From positions 117,745 to 142,335 of the IMG/VR virus record IMGVR_UViG_3300026549_000042: DNA of 24,591 bases. One strand, 5' to 3'. The stretch is from a virus (Duplodnaviria > Heunggongvirae > Uroviricota > Caudoviricetes). The notes beneath the pieces were generated by a model. That model saw nothing but the letters and a program-made list of their open reading frames with translations, searched no databases and was not told where the DNA came from. This document shows positions 1-7,956 of this stretch, piece after piece (position 1 is the first letter of the stretch; each line of letters opens with the position of its first letter). Made by a program: the position numbers and the translations under genes.

Positions 1-84
1 TATTGTTAATGCATTTTCAGATATCTTCTTTAATTCTAAATAATATTCTTTTAATGAATTGTTTTTACTTATTTCATTTGCCAT
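1..84 (-). CDS. 5' end of a hypothetical protein, truncated by the window edge (MANEISKNNSLKEYYLELKKISENALTI...)
   Basis: ATG at 84-82, frame open to position 1; starts 35 nt after the stop of the 402-aa gene on the same strand; translated by hand, not in the ORF track. Confidence 0.7.
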   Translation of the reverse strand, partial: MANEISKNNSLKEYYLELKKISENALTI

Positions 85-119
85 AATATATAATACTTAA
101 CTAAATGATATATTCTTTT

Positions 120-1328
120 TTATTCAATGTTTTTCCACTTAAGATTAGCTAATTGTTCATTTATAATTGCATTATTAGCATCTATATCTTTCTTTAAAGA
201 ATCTAATTCATCGTCTACATATTTCTTAAGTGAGTCAATATTTTCAATATTTGTTATTTGAGATATACTATTACGTATTTCATTCATTTCAGTATTGAGT
301 TTTGTAACACTTAACAATAATTCATTAAACTTATTGTATAGTGTAGATTGTTGTGATAATAATTCAGCATATGTATGTTGGTTTGCTATGTCAGTACTAT
401 TGTCACTTCCATTTTCACTTTTTACTCCATAAGGAAATGGTGAAAACTTAGAACTTATTACTAATGACCATGATTCACCAAATTTAGATACTGGATCATA
501 GTTTAGTTCTATTGTTTTAGGAAGATCATTTTCATCTGTAAAATTATTTATCCAAATACCATAAGGAATGTTTTTATAGAACATGTATTTGTCGGTATTT
601 GTTTTGTTAGCTATTCCACTATCTAATGTAAAGTCATATTCATTAGATGCAGTATATGTTGTTGTGTTAATGTCATATATATCAAATAATGGAATGATAC
701 AGTTGAACTTTATACTTTCTGCAGTTGAAATGTCATCTATTTTATGTTCAACCTTTTCTACTTTTGTAATTATCGGATCATACCCGTTATACATATCTGT
801 ACCACTATTATCATATATTGCTGTATCTGTTATTTCATTAGAATTCCATCCGTATAATATGTCATTTGATGAATATGATGAGTAATCAAAACTACCATCT
901 TCAGAATCAAATTTATAACTTACATATCTATTGAAGTCAATTATACAAATAGTGTCAGCATACATACCATTATAATCTTGCTCAGTAATATCACCAACAT
1001 ATGTAGTATCTATTTTTTGACCAAAGAACTTATAGATAGCTTCAATAAGATAGTTTAATGTATAATGATGTTTTTCCCATTGTTCATTATTTTCATTCAT
1101 ATAATCTCTTAACATTGCTAATTTGTTTTCATAATAGCACATTAAGAATTTTTTAAAACTATCTGCATTATGATCTTCGTCAAATGGTAAGTTAAAAGCT
1201 AAAAATGATGAAGGATACATTTTTGAAGATGTACTTAAAAATACACCTGTCAAAAATTCAGTATAATTACTAAATGTTAGAAAATTAGAATCATTACCAC
1301 TCAAATAAAATAGATTAGTCTTTCTCAT
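120..1328 (-). CDS. Hypothetical protein (402 aa) with C-terminal coiled coil, possibly virion-associated
   Basis: Long ORF; heptad-like C-terminus (LLSQQSTLYNKFNELLLSVTKLNTEMNEIRNSISQI); preceded by the TTATTTTTA motif shared with the fibre genes. Confidence 0.8.
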   Translation of the reverse strand: MRKTNLFYLSGNDSNFLTFSNYTEFLTGVFLSTSSKMYPSSFLAFNLPFDEDHNADSFKKFLMCYYENKLAMLRDYMNENNEQWEKHHYTLNYLIEAIYKFFGQKIDTTYVGDITEQDYNGMYADTICIIDFNRYVSYKFDSEDGSFDYSSYSSNDILYGWNSNEITDTAIYDNSGTDMYNGYDPIITKVEKVEHKIDDISTAESIKFNCIIPLFDIYDINTTTYTASNEYDFTLDSGIANKTNTDKYMFYKNIPYGIWINNFTDENDLPKTIELNYDPVSKFGESWSLVISSKFSPFPYGVKSENGSDNSTDIANQHTYAELLSQQSTLYNKFNELLLSVTKLNTEMNEIRNSISQITNIENIDSLKKYVDDELDSLKKDIDANNAIINEQLANLKWKNIE

Positions 1329-1357
1329 TTATTAAATATATATGAAATACATTTAAT

Positions 1358-1366
1358 TAAAAATAA
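1358..1366 (-). promoter_or_regulatory. TTATTTTTA motif, candidate late-promoter element
   Basis: 29 nt upstream of the ATG at 1328; the same 9-mer lies 22-33 nt upstream of four other genes. Confidence 0.35.
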
Positions 1367-1443
1367 TTATATAGATATATTTTTTTGAATTTCTAATGAT
1401 TATTTTCAATATTAAAAATAAATTAAATTAAAATTTTAAAAAT

Positions 1444-2184
1444 ATGAACGTATTTGTAATATTTGACATTGAAACAACAGGATTAGACAGAACAAAGGAC
1501 CAAATAATTCAGTTTGCAGCTATAAAAGTTGATATAGATACTAATGAAGTAATTGATTCTATGACACAACTTATTAAGCCAGTAGGTAATTATAGTATTT
1601 CTATAGGGGCATATTTCAAACATCATATAACTCCTGAAATACTTAATGATAAGCCTCATATGTTTGATGTTGCTCCTGATATAGTTAAATTTTTTGAAAA
1701 TGCAGACAATATTCTTACTTATAATGGTAATGGATTTGACATACCTTTTCTTAAGACTGAATTAAATAAGTATGATTTTGATATTGATTTTTCAAGTAAG
1801 AATCTTTATGATGCATTTCTTGAAGAAAAACGTCGTAATGGTATATCTCTTGAAAATACATATTTGCGATATACAGGAAAGCAAATGAATGAATCTAATT
1901 TGACTGCTCATGATGCTTTGTCTGATGTAAAGGCAACTTTAGCAGTATTTAACGCGCAGCAAAAAATAAATAGCTATGGTCCAGAACAAATCTTTGGTGA
2001 TGATAATATTATTGTTGAAATGGATTTTAACGGAAAATTACAGCCATGCTTTAATATAGGTAAATATAAAGGTATTTCTATTGAATATGTTTCATCAATT
2101 GACAAAAATTATATTAGATGGTGTGTTGGTGATAAATGCAATTTTATGAAATCAACTAAAGAATATCTACAACAATATCTATAA
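1444..2184 (+). CDS. DEDDh 3'-5' exonuclease (DnaQ/Pol III epsilon-like) with C-terminal GKYKG (ExoX-like/DUF3820-type) motif
   Basis: ExoI IFDIETTG, ExoII YNGNGFDIPFL, ExoIII HDALSDV; C-terminal FNIGKYKG...YIRW. Confidence 0.9.
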   Translation: MNVFVIFDIETTGLDRTKDQIIQFAAIKVDIDTNEVIDSMTQLIKPVGNYSISIGAYFKHHITPEILNDKPHMFDVAPDIVKFFENADNILTYNGNGFDIPFLKTELNKYDFDIDFSSKNLYDAFLEEKRRNGISLENTYLRYTGKQMNESNLTAHDALSDVKATLAVFNAQQKINSYGPEQIFGDDNIIVEMDFNGKLQPCFNIGKYKGISIEYVSSIDKNYIRWCVGDKCNFMKSTKEYLQQYL

Positions 2185-2292
2185 ATGAATATGAAACAAA
2201 AAATTAAAAACCATTTAACTGGTATAGGTTGTCTTTTAATTGTTTGGATTATATTAGGCATATTATATATAATTTTAAGTAAAATATCATGA
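2185..2292 (+). CDS. Small membrane protein (35 aa, MNMKQKIKNHLTGIGCLLIVWIILGILYIILSKIS)
   Basis: ATG directly follows the TAA of the exonuclease; TGA overlaps the next ATG (ATGA); one hydrophobic helix after a basic N-terminus; not in the ORF track. Confidence 0.7.
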   Translation: MNMKQKIKNHLTGIGCLLIVWIILGILYIILSKIS

Positions 2293-2723
2293 ATTTAATT
2301 AAACAATTATTTTGCAAGCATAATTTCAAATTCATACGAAACATATATGGGGATGAAATCAATCTTCATAATGGTAATCGTTCAGAATGGAAATGCGAAA
2401 AATGTGGTAAGACAAAATATCAAAAACAATATGTAGAATTAGAAAATGAACTACATAGATTAGCTGATACATATTACATTAATCAACAAGACAAATGGAT
2501 AGAGGATCATAAGTCTGAGTTAGATGATATTGTAAACAGGTTAAAAGATGCTGCAGAATCAGGACAATATGGATATGAATTTGTCATGACATGTGATGAT
2601 GATTATTTGTATAGATATGAAAAATTTATTAAAGAAAAACTATATTTAAAAATAGATGTAACAACTATAAGTCAGAACAACCCAACAATAAAAACCAGAA
2701 AAATTGACATTCGTTGGATTTAA
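2289..2723 (+). CDS. Hypothetical protein with N-terminal putative Zn-binding module (FCKH...CEKCGK; DUF1660-like)
   Basis: LFCKH plus CxxC pattern typical of small phage proteins; ATGA coupling. Confidence 0.75.
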   Translation: MNLIKQLFCKHNFKFIRNIYGDEINLHNGNRSEWKCEKCGKTKYQKQYVELENELHRLADTYYINQQDKWIEDHKSELDDIVNRLKDAAESGQYGYEFVMTCDDDYLYRYEKFIKEKLYLKIDVTTISQNNPTIKTRKIDIRWI

Positions 2724-2734
2724 TTAGTCATGTT

Positions 2735-3247
2735 ATGAAAGTTAGAGACTACGTAAAACAATATGATATTGCTAAGAAACTTGCAGAATTTTATCATAAG
2801 GATCAAGTTGATATAGGAGGACATCCTTATATAGAACATGTAAAATATGTAAGTGATCATATATCTAACTATTTTAAACATGGGGACAACTTGAATAAAT
2901 ATTATATTGCTATAATATCTGGATATCTTCATGACATTATGGAAGATTGTAATGTATCTGCAAATGTATTGTCATCAGAAGGTATTTCTAAAAAAGTTAT
3001 TGAAGTATTGAAGATCTTGACGCATGATAAGAATATTTCATATAAAGATTATATAATAAATATTTCTAAAAATGAAATTGCAACATTAGTCAAATTATCT
3101 GACTTATCTAACAATATGGATATTAGACGATTGAAAAAAATTGACAATAATGCAATACGAAGACTAAAGAAATATTTTTATTCTTATAAATTTTTGCTTG
3201 GTGAAATAAGTGAAGAAAAATATATTAGTGAGTTAGAAAAAATTTAA
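2735..3247 (+). CDS. HD-domain metal-dependent phosphohydrolase, RelA/SpoT hydrolase (Mesh1/SAH)-like
   Basis: HKDQVDIGGHPYIEH, YLHDIMED (HDxxED), VKLSDLSNNMD and RLKKY motifs; ORF track starts at TTG 2714, ATG 2735 preferred. Confidence 0.85.
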   Translation: MKVRDYVKQYDIAKKLAEFYHKDQVDIGGHPYIEHVKYVSDHISNYFKHGDNLNKYYIAIISGYLHDIMEDCNVSANVLSSEGISKKVIEVLKILTHDKNISYKDYIINISKNEIATLVKLSDLSNNMDIRRLKKIDNNAIRRLKKYFYSYKFLLGEISEEKYISELEKI

Positions 3248-3255
3248 TTAAAATT

Positions 3256-3684
3256 ATGATAGACATTAATAAGAAAATTATGGAGTCTATAAAGGCTCAT
3301 GATAAGGTTGCATCAGAAACATATAAACTTCTTAAGGCAAAGATTCTTGAGTTTAAGACAGCAAAGAATGCAAAGGAATATGATGATAGTGCAGAAATCA
3401 CACTTATTAACAAAATGATAAAAGAACGTCAAGATAGTATTTGTATTTATCTTGAAAATGGAAGACAGAATTTGGCAGATGATGAATATGCTCAAATGAA
3501 AGTACTTCAAGATTTGCTTCCAAAATTACCTACACAAGAAGATATTGAGGCGTATCTTAATGAAAATTATCCTGAAGGTATTTGCAAAGCCCAAATGGGT
3601 GCAGTAATTAATGAAGTAAAGGCAAATCTTTTAGGGGCTGATGGAAAGACTGTTGCAAATTGTGTAAGAAATAAATTAATTTAG
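3256..3684 (+). CDS. GatB/YqeY domain protein
   Basis: Pattern IKAHDKVASETYKLLKAKI...KMIKERQDSI..Y...GRQNLADDE...VLQDLLP...QMGAV...ADGKTV matches YqeY family; 142 aa. Confidence 0.88.
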   Translation: MIDINKKIMESIKAHDKVASETYKLLKAKILEFKTAKNAKEYDDSAEITLINKMIKERQDSICIYLENGRQNLADDEYAQMKVLQDLLPKLPTQEDIEAYLNENYPEGICKAQMGAVINEVKANLLGADGKTVANCVRNKLI

Positions 3685-3691
3685 ATATATT

Positions 3692-3943
3692 ATGATAACA
3701 GATATAGTTGATGTAAAAGGTGAGCAATTAAATGTAGGTGATTATATTGCTTTCGGTGAAACAACAAGTTCATATAACAGTATTATATGTACTGGTAGAA
3801 TAATTGATATTCAAAAGAAGAAATATCAATCACATATAAAAATACAAGTTATTGATGATGGTTCAGGATATTGGTATAAAAGAAATAGTATAAAGACCAT
3901 GATATATCCTCGTAATTATAATAATATAGTCAAAATGAACTAG
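3692..3943 (+). CDS. Small hypothetical protein, SH3/KOW-like beta barrel
   Basis: DVKGEQLNVGDYIAF start common in phage small beta proteins; co-oriented in operon. Confidence 0.7.
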   Translation: MITDIVDVKGEQLNVGDYIAFGETTSSYNSIICTGRIIDIQKKKYQSHIKIQVIDDGSGYWYKRNSIKTMIYPRNYNNIVKMN

Positions 3944-3953
3944 TAATAAAGTT

Positions 3954-4745
3954 ATGATAAATAGAGAAGATATACTTGACAAAGCATTTCATGATTGTAT
4001 GCATGAAATGTATGCAAAATCACAACCAGAAGCAGATTATGATAATCTTTTGAATGAATATGCAGAAGGTAAGATAGGTAAGGATGAACGTATTTATGAT
4101 CGTCATTATTTGTCTATGGATGAATTTTTATATATTCGTGACAAATATAAAGATGCATATAATATTAGATCACATTGGAATGATGATGTAGAAGTTGTTG
4201 AAGATTACTTATTAAAGGGTGGATTGAAAGACTATTATGTTCCTGGGAAAGTAGATAAAGACGGATTTAAACATCCTGCATATCGTAGTACTAAAAAAGT
4301 TCCACCTATTCAAGAAAGTATATATAAAATTTTATCTAATAGAAAACCTGATGAAGATAATAATATCTTAGCTAAGAAGATTGCTGATCAGGTTTTAGAA
4401 AATATTAAAACATGCAAAGATTTTTATAAGTTCGATAGAGAAGAGTCTTCATTTGATTGTAACATATCTCTTGGTGCATCACCTACTTCTAATGCAGAAA
4501 CTGTAAAGAAATGGTGGAAAGAAAATTATAATCAAGATATAGAAATTGAAGAAAGAAATCCAAAGCTGTTTTGGTATCTTGATAATGAATATACAGATGA
4601 AGAATTAGCCTATGAATTTGAGAGTTATGGCGAAAATTGGAAAGAAGCTCTTGACAAGGAATGGAAAGAAAAAAAGGCTGAAAAGAAACGTAAACAGGAT
4701 GAAAAAATAGCAATGTTAAAAAATGTAAATAATGATAAAAAATGA
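3954..4745 (+). CDS. Hypothetical protein (263 aa) with charged helical C-terminus
   Basis: Long ORF in operon; stop overlaps the next start. Confidence 0.8.
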   Translation: MINREDILDKAFHDCMHEMYAKSQPEADYDNLLNEYAEGKIGKDERIYDRHYLSMDEFLYIRDKYKDAYNIRSHWNDDVEVVEDYLLKGGLKDYYVPGKVDKDGFKHPAYRSTKKVPPIQESIYKILSNRKPDEDNNILAKKIADQVLENIKTCKDFYKFDREESSFDCNISLGASPTSNAETVKKWWKENYNQDIEIEERNPKLFWYLDNEYTDEELAYEFESYGENWKEALDKEWKEKKAEKKRKQDEKIAMLKNVNNDKK

Positions 4746-5044
4746 AAATTACAAATTACATACTTTCTAATAATGGTTTTGAATATTTGGATAAACAATC
4801 AGAACTATTAAGAAAATATCAGAAAGAGCAATATGGAATAGAAAATTATTCAGTGTTTCGCTTAAATACTAATGATGATTCTTCATTAAAACTTGATATT
4901 GATAATGGATTTAACAATAGAGGTACTGAGTGGCATTTGCATATTGATAATGATCATTGTGAAACTATTGGCAGTGCCGATATTGATACAGTTCATGAAT
5001 TTAATTTGCTGATGGAGGTTTTTGGAAGTAAATTTAGATTATAA
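4742..5044 (+). CDS. Hypothetical protein (100 aa)
   Basis: ORF coupled to both neighbours. Confidence 0.75.
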   Translation: MKITNYILSNNGFEYLDKQSELLRKYQKEQYGIENYSVFRLNTNDDSSLKLDIDNGFNNRGTEWHLHIDNDHCETIGSADIDTVHEFNLLMEVFGSKFRL

Positions 5045-5208
5045 TGAAGTATAAAATTAAAAGAGTTCATTATGATGATGGAACTAAATCTCCTTGGTGG
5101 ACTATAGTTATATATAAAAATGGACAACCTTTTGATGAATTAGAAACACAATATTCATCGTTTTGGACAGTATTTAAAATTTGGTTAAAAGCTACATTAT
5201 TTTGTTAA
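5044..5208 (+). CDS. Small hypothetical protein (54 aa, MKYKIKRVHYDDGTKSPWW...ATLFC)
   Basis: TAATG coupling with the previous stop; fills the gap exactly; TAA at 5206-5208; not in the ORF track. Confidence 0.7.
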   Translation: MKYKIKRVHYDDGTKSPWWTIVIYKNGQPFDELETQYSSFWTVFKIWLKATLFC

Positions 5209-5213
5209 ACATT

Positions 5214-5528
5214 ATGAAAAAATTATTAAATAAAATTAAACTTTGGTGGAATTCATTATTCAAATATAAATTATCAGAAGAAGAATGTAAGCTTTGGAAT
5301 TCTATTTTAAATAAAGATGCCATTGGTTATACTGAATGGTTAGAAAAAACTAAAGGAGATGATATTTGTGGACCTTGGATTAAAGATATAACTAATGAAG
5401 AAGTAAAGTTAATTGATAAAATTCATGAACATTTTTATGGGAAAGACTGGCGGATAGCTTTACCAATTACTACATCACAAATATGTTCAGTTATGTTAGA
5501 TGATATAAAGAATAAAGTGATATATTAG
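5214..5528 (+). CDS. Hypothetical protein (104 aa)
   Basis: ATG 5214 preferred over TTG 5181 because the latter overlaps the 54-aa ORF. Confidence 0.75.
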   Translation: MKKLLNKIKLWWNSLFKYKLSEEECKLWNSILNKDAIGYTEWLEKTKGDDICGPWIKDITNEEVKLIDKIHEHFYGKDWRIALPITTSQICSVMLDDIKNKVIY

Positions 5529-5530
5529 TT

Positions 5531-6094
5531 ATGGAATATAGTTCTGAAAAATACTATAAAGAATTAAATGGTAAAAAGGTTATTTGCGTAGACTTTGATA
5601 ATACCATTTGTCTTGATGAATGGCCTTATATAGGACCAATAATACCTGGAGCAAAAGAAGTATTAAATAAACTTAAAGAAGCTGGGCATAAATTGATTCT
5701 ATATACTCAGAGAAACTATAACTATCCTATTTGTTGTAAAGAATTAGAAGAATATGCAAAAGGTACTGGGGAGTTAACAACTGTAGACTTATTATATCCT
5801 GCATTATTAGCTTGTGAAAATAACAATATTGATTTTGATGATATAAATGAAAATCAAAAATGGGAATTATTGACTAATGATAATTCTCGTAAAGTATTTA
5901 TGGACTATCTTATTGATGATCATGTTATGGGTATTGACAGATTAGAAGTCATTAATAAATTTGGGGAAGTTTGTAAAATAGTTGATTGGTTCAATATAGA
6001 TATATGGTGTATGACTGAAGGACTTTATAAAGATTCCGTATTCACAATGACATATAATCATTATTTGAAATTAGTACAAAATATATCTAAATAA
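5531..6094 (+). CDS. HAD-superfamily hydrolase/phosphatase (capless type)
   Basis: Motif I VDFDNT, motif II LILYT, SRKV..DYLIDD motifs III/IV. Confidence 0.85.
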   Translation: MEYSSEKYYKELNGKKVICVDFDNTICLDEWPYIGPIIPGAKEVLNKLKEAGHKLILYTQRNYNYPICCKELEEYAKGTGELTTVDLLYPALLACENNNIDFDDINENQKWELLTNDNSRKVFMDYLIDDHVMGIDRLEVINKFGEVCKIVDWFNIDIWCMTEGLYKDSVFTMTYNHYLKLVQNISK

Positions 6095-6096
6095 AA

Positions 6097-6105
6097 TTAT
6101 TTTTA
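6097..6105 (+). promoter_or_regulatory. TTATTTTTA motif, candidate late-promoter element
   Basis: 22 nt upstream of the ATG at 6128. Confidence 0.35.
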
Positions 6106-6127
6106 AATAAATAAAAAAATAATATAA

Positions 6128-6433
6128 ATGAAAGATCTTAAGACATATATATTAGAAAATAATTCAACACAAGATGAAGATTTAGAGGCAGAAGTTGGAT
6201 TAGCTCTTCAAAATTTTGGTTCTGTTAGAAAAGGATTTAACTGGGCAAAAACTGAAGATATAATTGATGCAATGTATAATATTGGTTTTGATTATAGTGA
6301 AGGTGAAGGAAAAGATGATGAAATGATTTTTTATGGAGAATATATTGATACAAAATATCAAATTATTCTTTATATAAAAGATCAAGTTAAAGGAAAAGTT
6401 AAATTATTTAATTTTAATGTAATAGAAGATTAA
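6128..6433 (+). CDS. Small acidic protein with T4 capsid-targeting-like N-terminus (MKDLKTYILE); candidate internal head protein
   Basis: First ten residues resemble the T4 IPII/IPIII leader MKTYQEFIAE and end in I-x-E. Confidence 0.75.
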   Translation: MKDLKTYILENNSTQDEDLEAEVGLALQNFGSVRKGFNWAKTEDIIDAMYNIGFDYSEGEGKDDEMIFYGEYIDTKYQIILYIKDQVKGKVKLFNFNVIED

Positions 6434-6434
6434 T

Positions 6435-6716
6435 ATGAAAAAGTTTAGTACATTTATAACAGAACATAAAGGTGATCCAATAGATGATCAATGGTTACAA
6501 GATGAAAAACCAGTAATGACAGAGAATGGGCTTCAAGTAATTATTACAGAAATTGATATTAAACAAGTTCCAAATATTATAAAAGGAAAAGTAAAAATTA
6601 AGAATGATCTTTTTGATTATGAATGGGAAGATAATGGAACGTGTATTAAAGCAATTGATCAATATGGAAATCCTAAAAAACCAGATAACGGTGATAAATT
6701 AGTTAAAGCTATTTAA
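6435..6716 (+). CDS. Small protein with T4 capsid-targeting-like N-terminus (MKKFSTFITE); candidate internal head protein
   Basis: Same MKx[FL]xx[FY]IxE leader; starts 1 nt after the previous stop. Confidence 0.78.
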   Translation: MKKFSTFITEHKGDPIDDQWLQDEKPVMTENGLQVIITEIDIKQVPNIIKGKVKIKNDLFDYEWEDNGTCIKAIDQYGNPKKPDNGDKLVKAI

Positions 6717-6832
6717 ATTTTATAGACATAGTTATCTATTTTAATATAAGTTAACAATTATATAGTTTTTATATAATATCTAGAGAGTAATTAATTTTTT
6801 ATTTATTAACCTTTTTTAAAAACATTTATTAA

Positions 6833-7915
6833 ATGTCAAATAAAAGAAAAAAGATCGCATTAATAACATATAAAGACATTGAAGGCGATATTTTTAGCGG
6901 TTTTACAAGTGATAAAGAGCGTATTAAGTATATGTCACGAGCATATGCTAATATGAGTTTATCAAAAGCATTTCAAGTTTTTTATGATCTTAAGTTTGAT
7001 GACAATACACTTAAGAACACAGCTATCAACAAGGTATATACTTTAGAATTAGGACAAATCTATAATGGATATGTTGAATCATTTGGAAAGAATGGTATTT
7101 CTTTCTCAATTCCTGGAGTAAAAAGTGAGATTGTATGTAAGGAAAATCTTGCAGACTGTACGGACTCAATTAATAACTATTTGCTTACTCATAATAATAA
7201 GCTTTTGTTTGAAGTACGAGAAAAGAAAAACAATACTTATTATGTATCAATCATTAATGCTTATTATAATGCCTGGGTTAAAATGATTGAAGATGCTATT
7301 AAGAACAATAATGGTATTCAAGTACATATTGATGAATTAGTACATGGAGGATATATTTGTCATGTACCTATTAAACATCTTGTAGATTTGACAGGAAAAA
7401 TGTATACTCATTCTGTATTTATCCCCGGTTCTCATATTGTATTAAATATTGAAAATGACTTTGAAAAATGGGTAGGTGAAGATGTAATCATTGTTCCGCA
7501 GAAGTTTGTAGACTTTAAGCGTAACTTTAAGACGGGTGAAGTCGAAAAGTCATTGGTAGGTTCTCGTAAGAAAGTATTGCAGATACTTGGTAATAATAAC
7601 TTATATGATATTTGGAAGAAGTATAATCTTGCCAATGATAATCCTACAGTAAAATGGGACAATTCATTTGACGGTATTGTTACTGGTATTATTAATTCAC
7701 AGAAGAAGACAGGTATTTTTGTGGAAATCAAGGATAAGTTTATTACAGGTCTTGCTCAAATTAACGCAATTGATTTGATTGATTATAAACCAGGAGATGC
7801 TGTAAAGGTTCGTATTTCTGAATTTGAATGTAAAGAAGGATTTGAGCCATTTGTATTCAATAGAAATAATGGTATTAAGGAATGTAATATTCGACCAGTA
7901 TTTGAAATCATTTAA
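6833..7915 (+). CDS. Ribosomal protein S1-like RNA-binding protein with three S1/OB domains
   Basis: D1 LELGQIYNGYV...GVKSE; D2 WVKMIEDA...GGYI...VFIPGSHI...EKWVGED...LVGSRKKVL; D3 DGIVTGI...GIFVEI...GL...YKPGDAVKVRI, matching N-terminal domains of bS1. Confidence 0.82.
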   Translation: MSNKRKKIALITYKDIEGDIFSGFTSDKERIKYMSRAYANMSLSKAFQVFYDLKFDDNTLKNTAINKVYTLELGQIYNGYVESFGKNGISFSIPGVKSEIVCKENLADCTDSINNYLLTHNNKLLFEVREKKNNTYYVSIINAYYNAWVKMIEDAIKNNNGIQVHIDELVHGGYICHVPIKHLVDLTGKMYTHSVFIPGSHIVLNIENDFEKWVGEDVIIVPQKFVDFKRNFKTGEVEKSLVGSRKKVLQILGNNNLYDIWKKYNLANDNPTVKWDNSFDGIVTGIINSQKKTGIFVEIKDKFITGLAQINAIDLIDYKPGDAVKVRISEFECKEGFEPFVFNRNNGIKECNIRPVFEII

Positions 7916-7920
7916 TAATA

Positions 7921-7952
7921 AAAAATGGAAGAACTTAAGTTCTTCCATTTTT
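7921..7952. terminator. Perfect 32-bp palindrome, probable bidirectional intrinsic terminator
   Basis: AAAAATGGAAGAACTTAAGTTCTTCCATTTTT between convergent stops (7915 and 7957), T-tracts on both strands. Confidence 0.85.
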
Positions 7953-7956
7953 GTTT

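Noticed and set aside
3682-5528. TAG read-through (code 15) at stops 3684, 3943 and 5528
   Set aside because: Read-through would add short tails overlapping next genes at two sites, and long ORFs have no internal TAG
6723-6777. Sigma70-like promoter for the S1 gene (TAGACA/TATAAG; TTAACA/TATAAT)
   Set aside because: Spacers of 16 and 15 nt and imperfect boxes in nearly pure AT sequence; not distinguishable from chance
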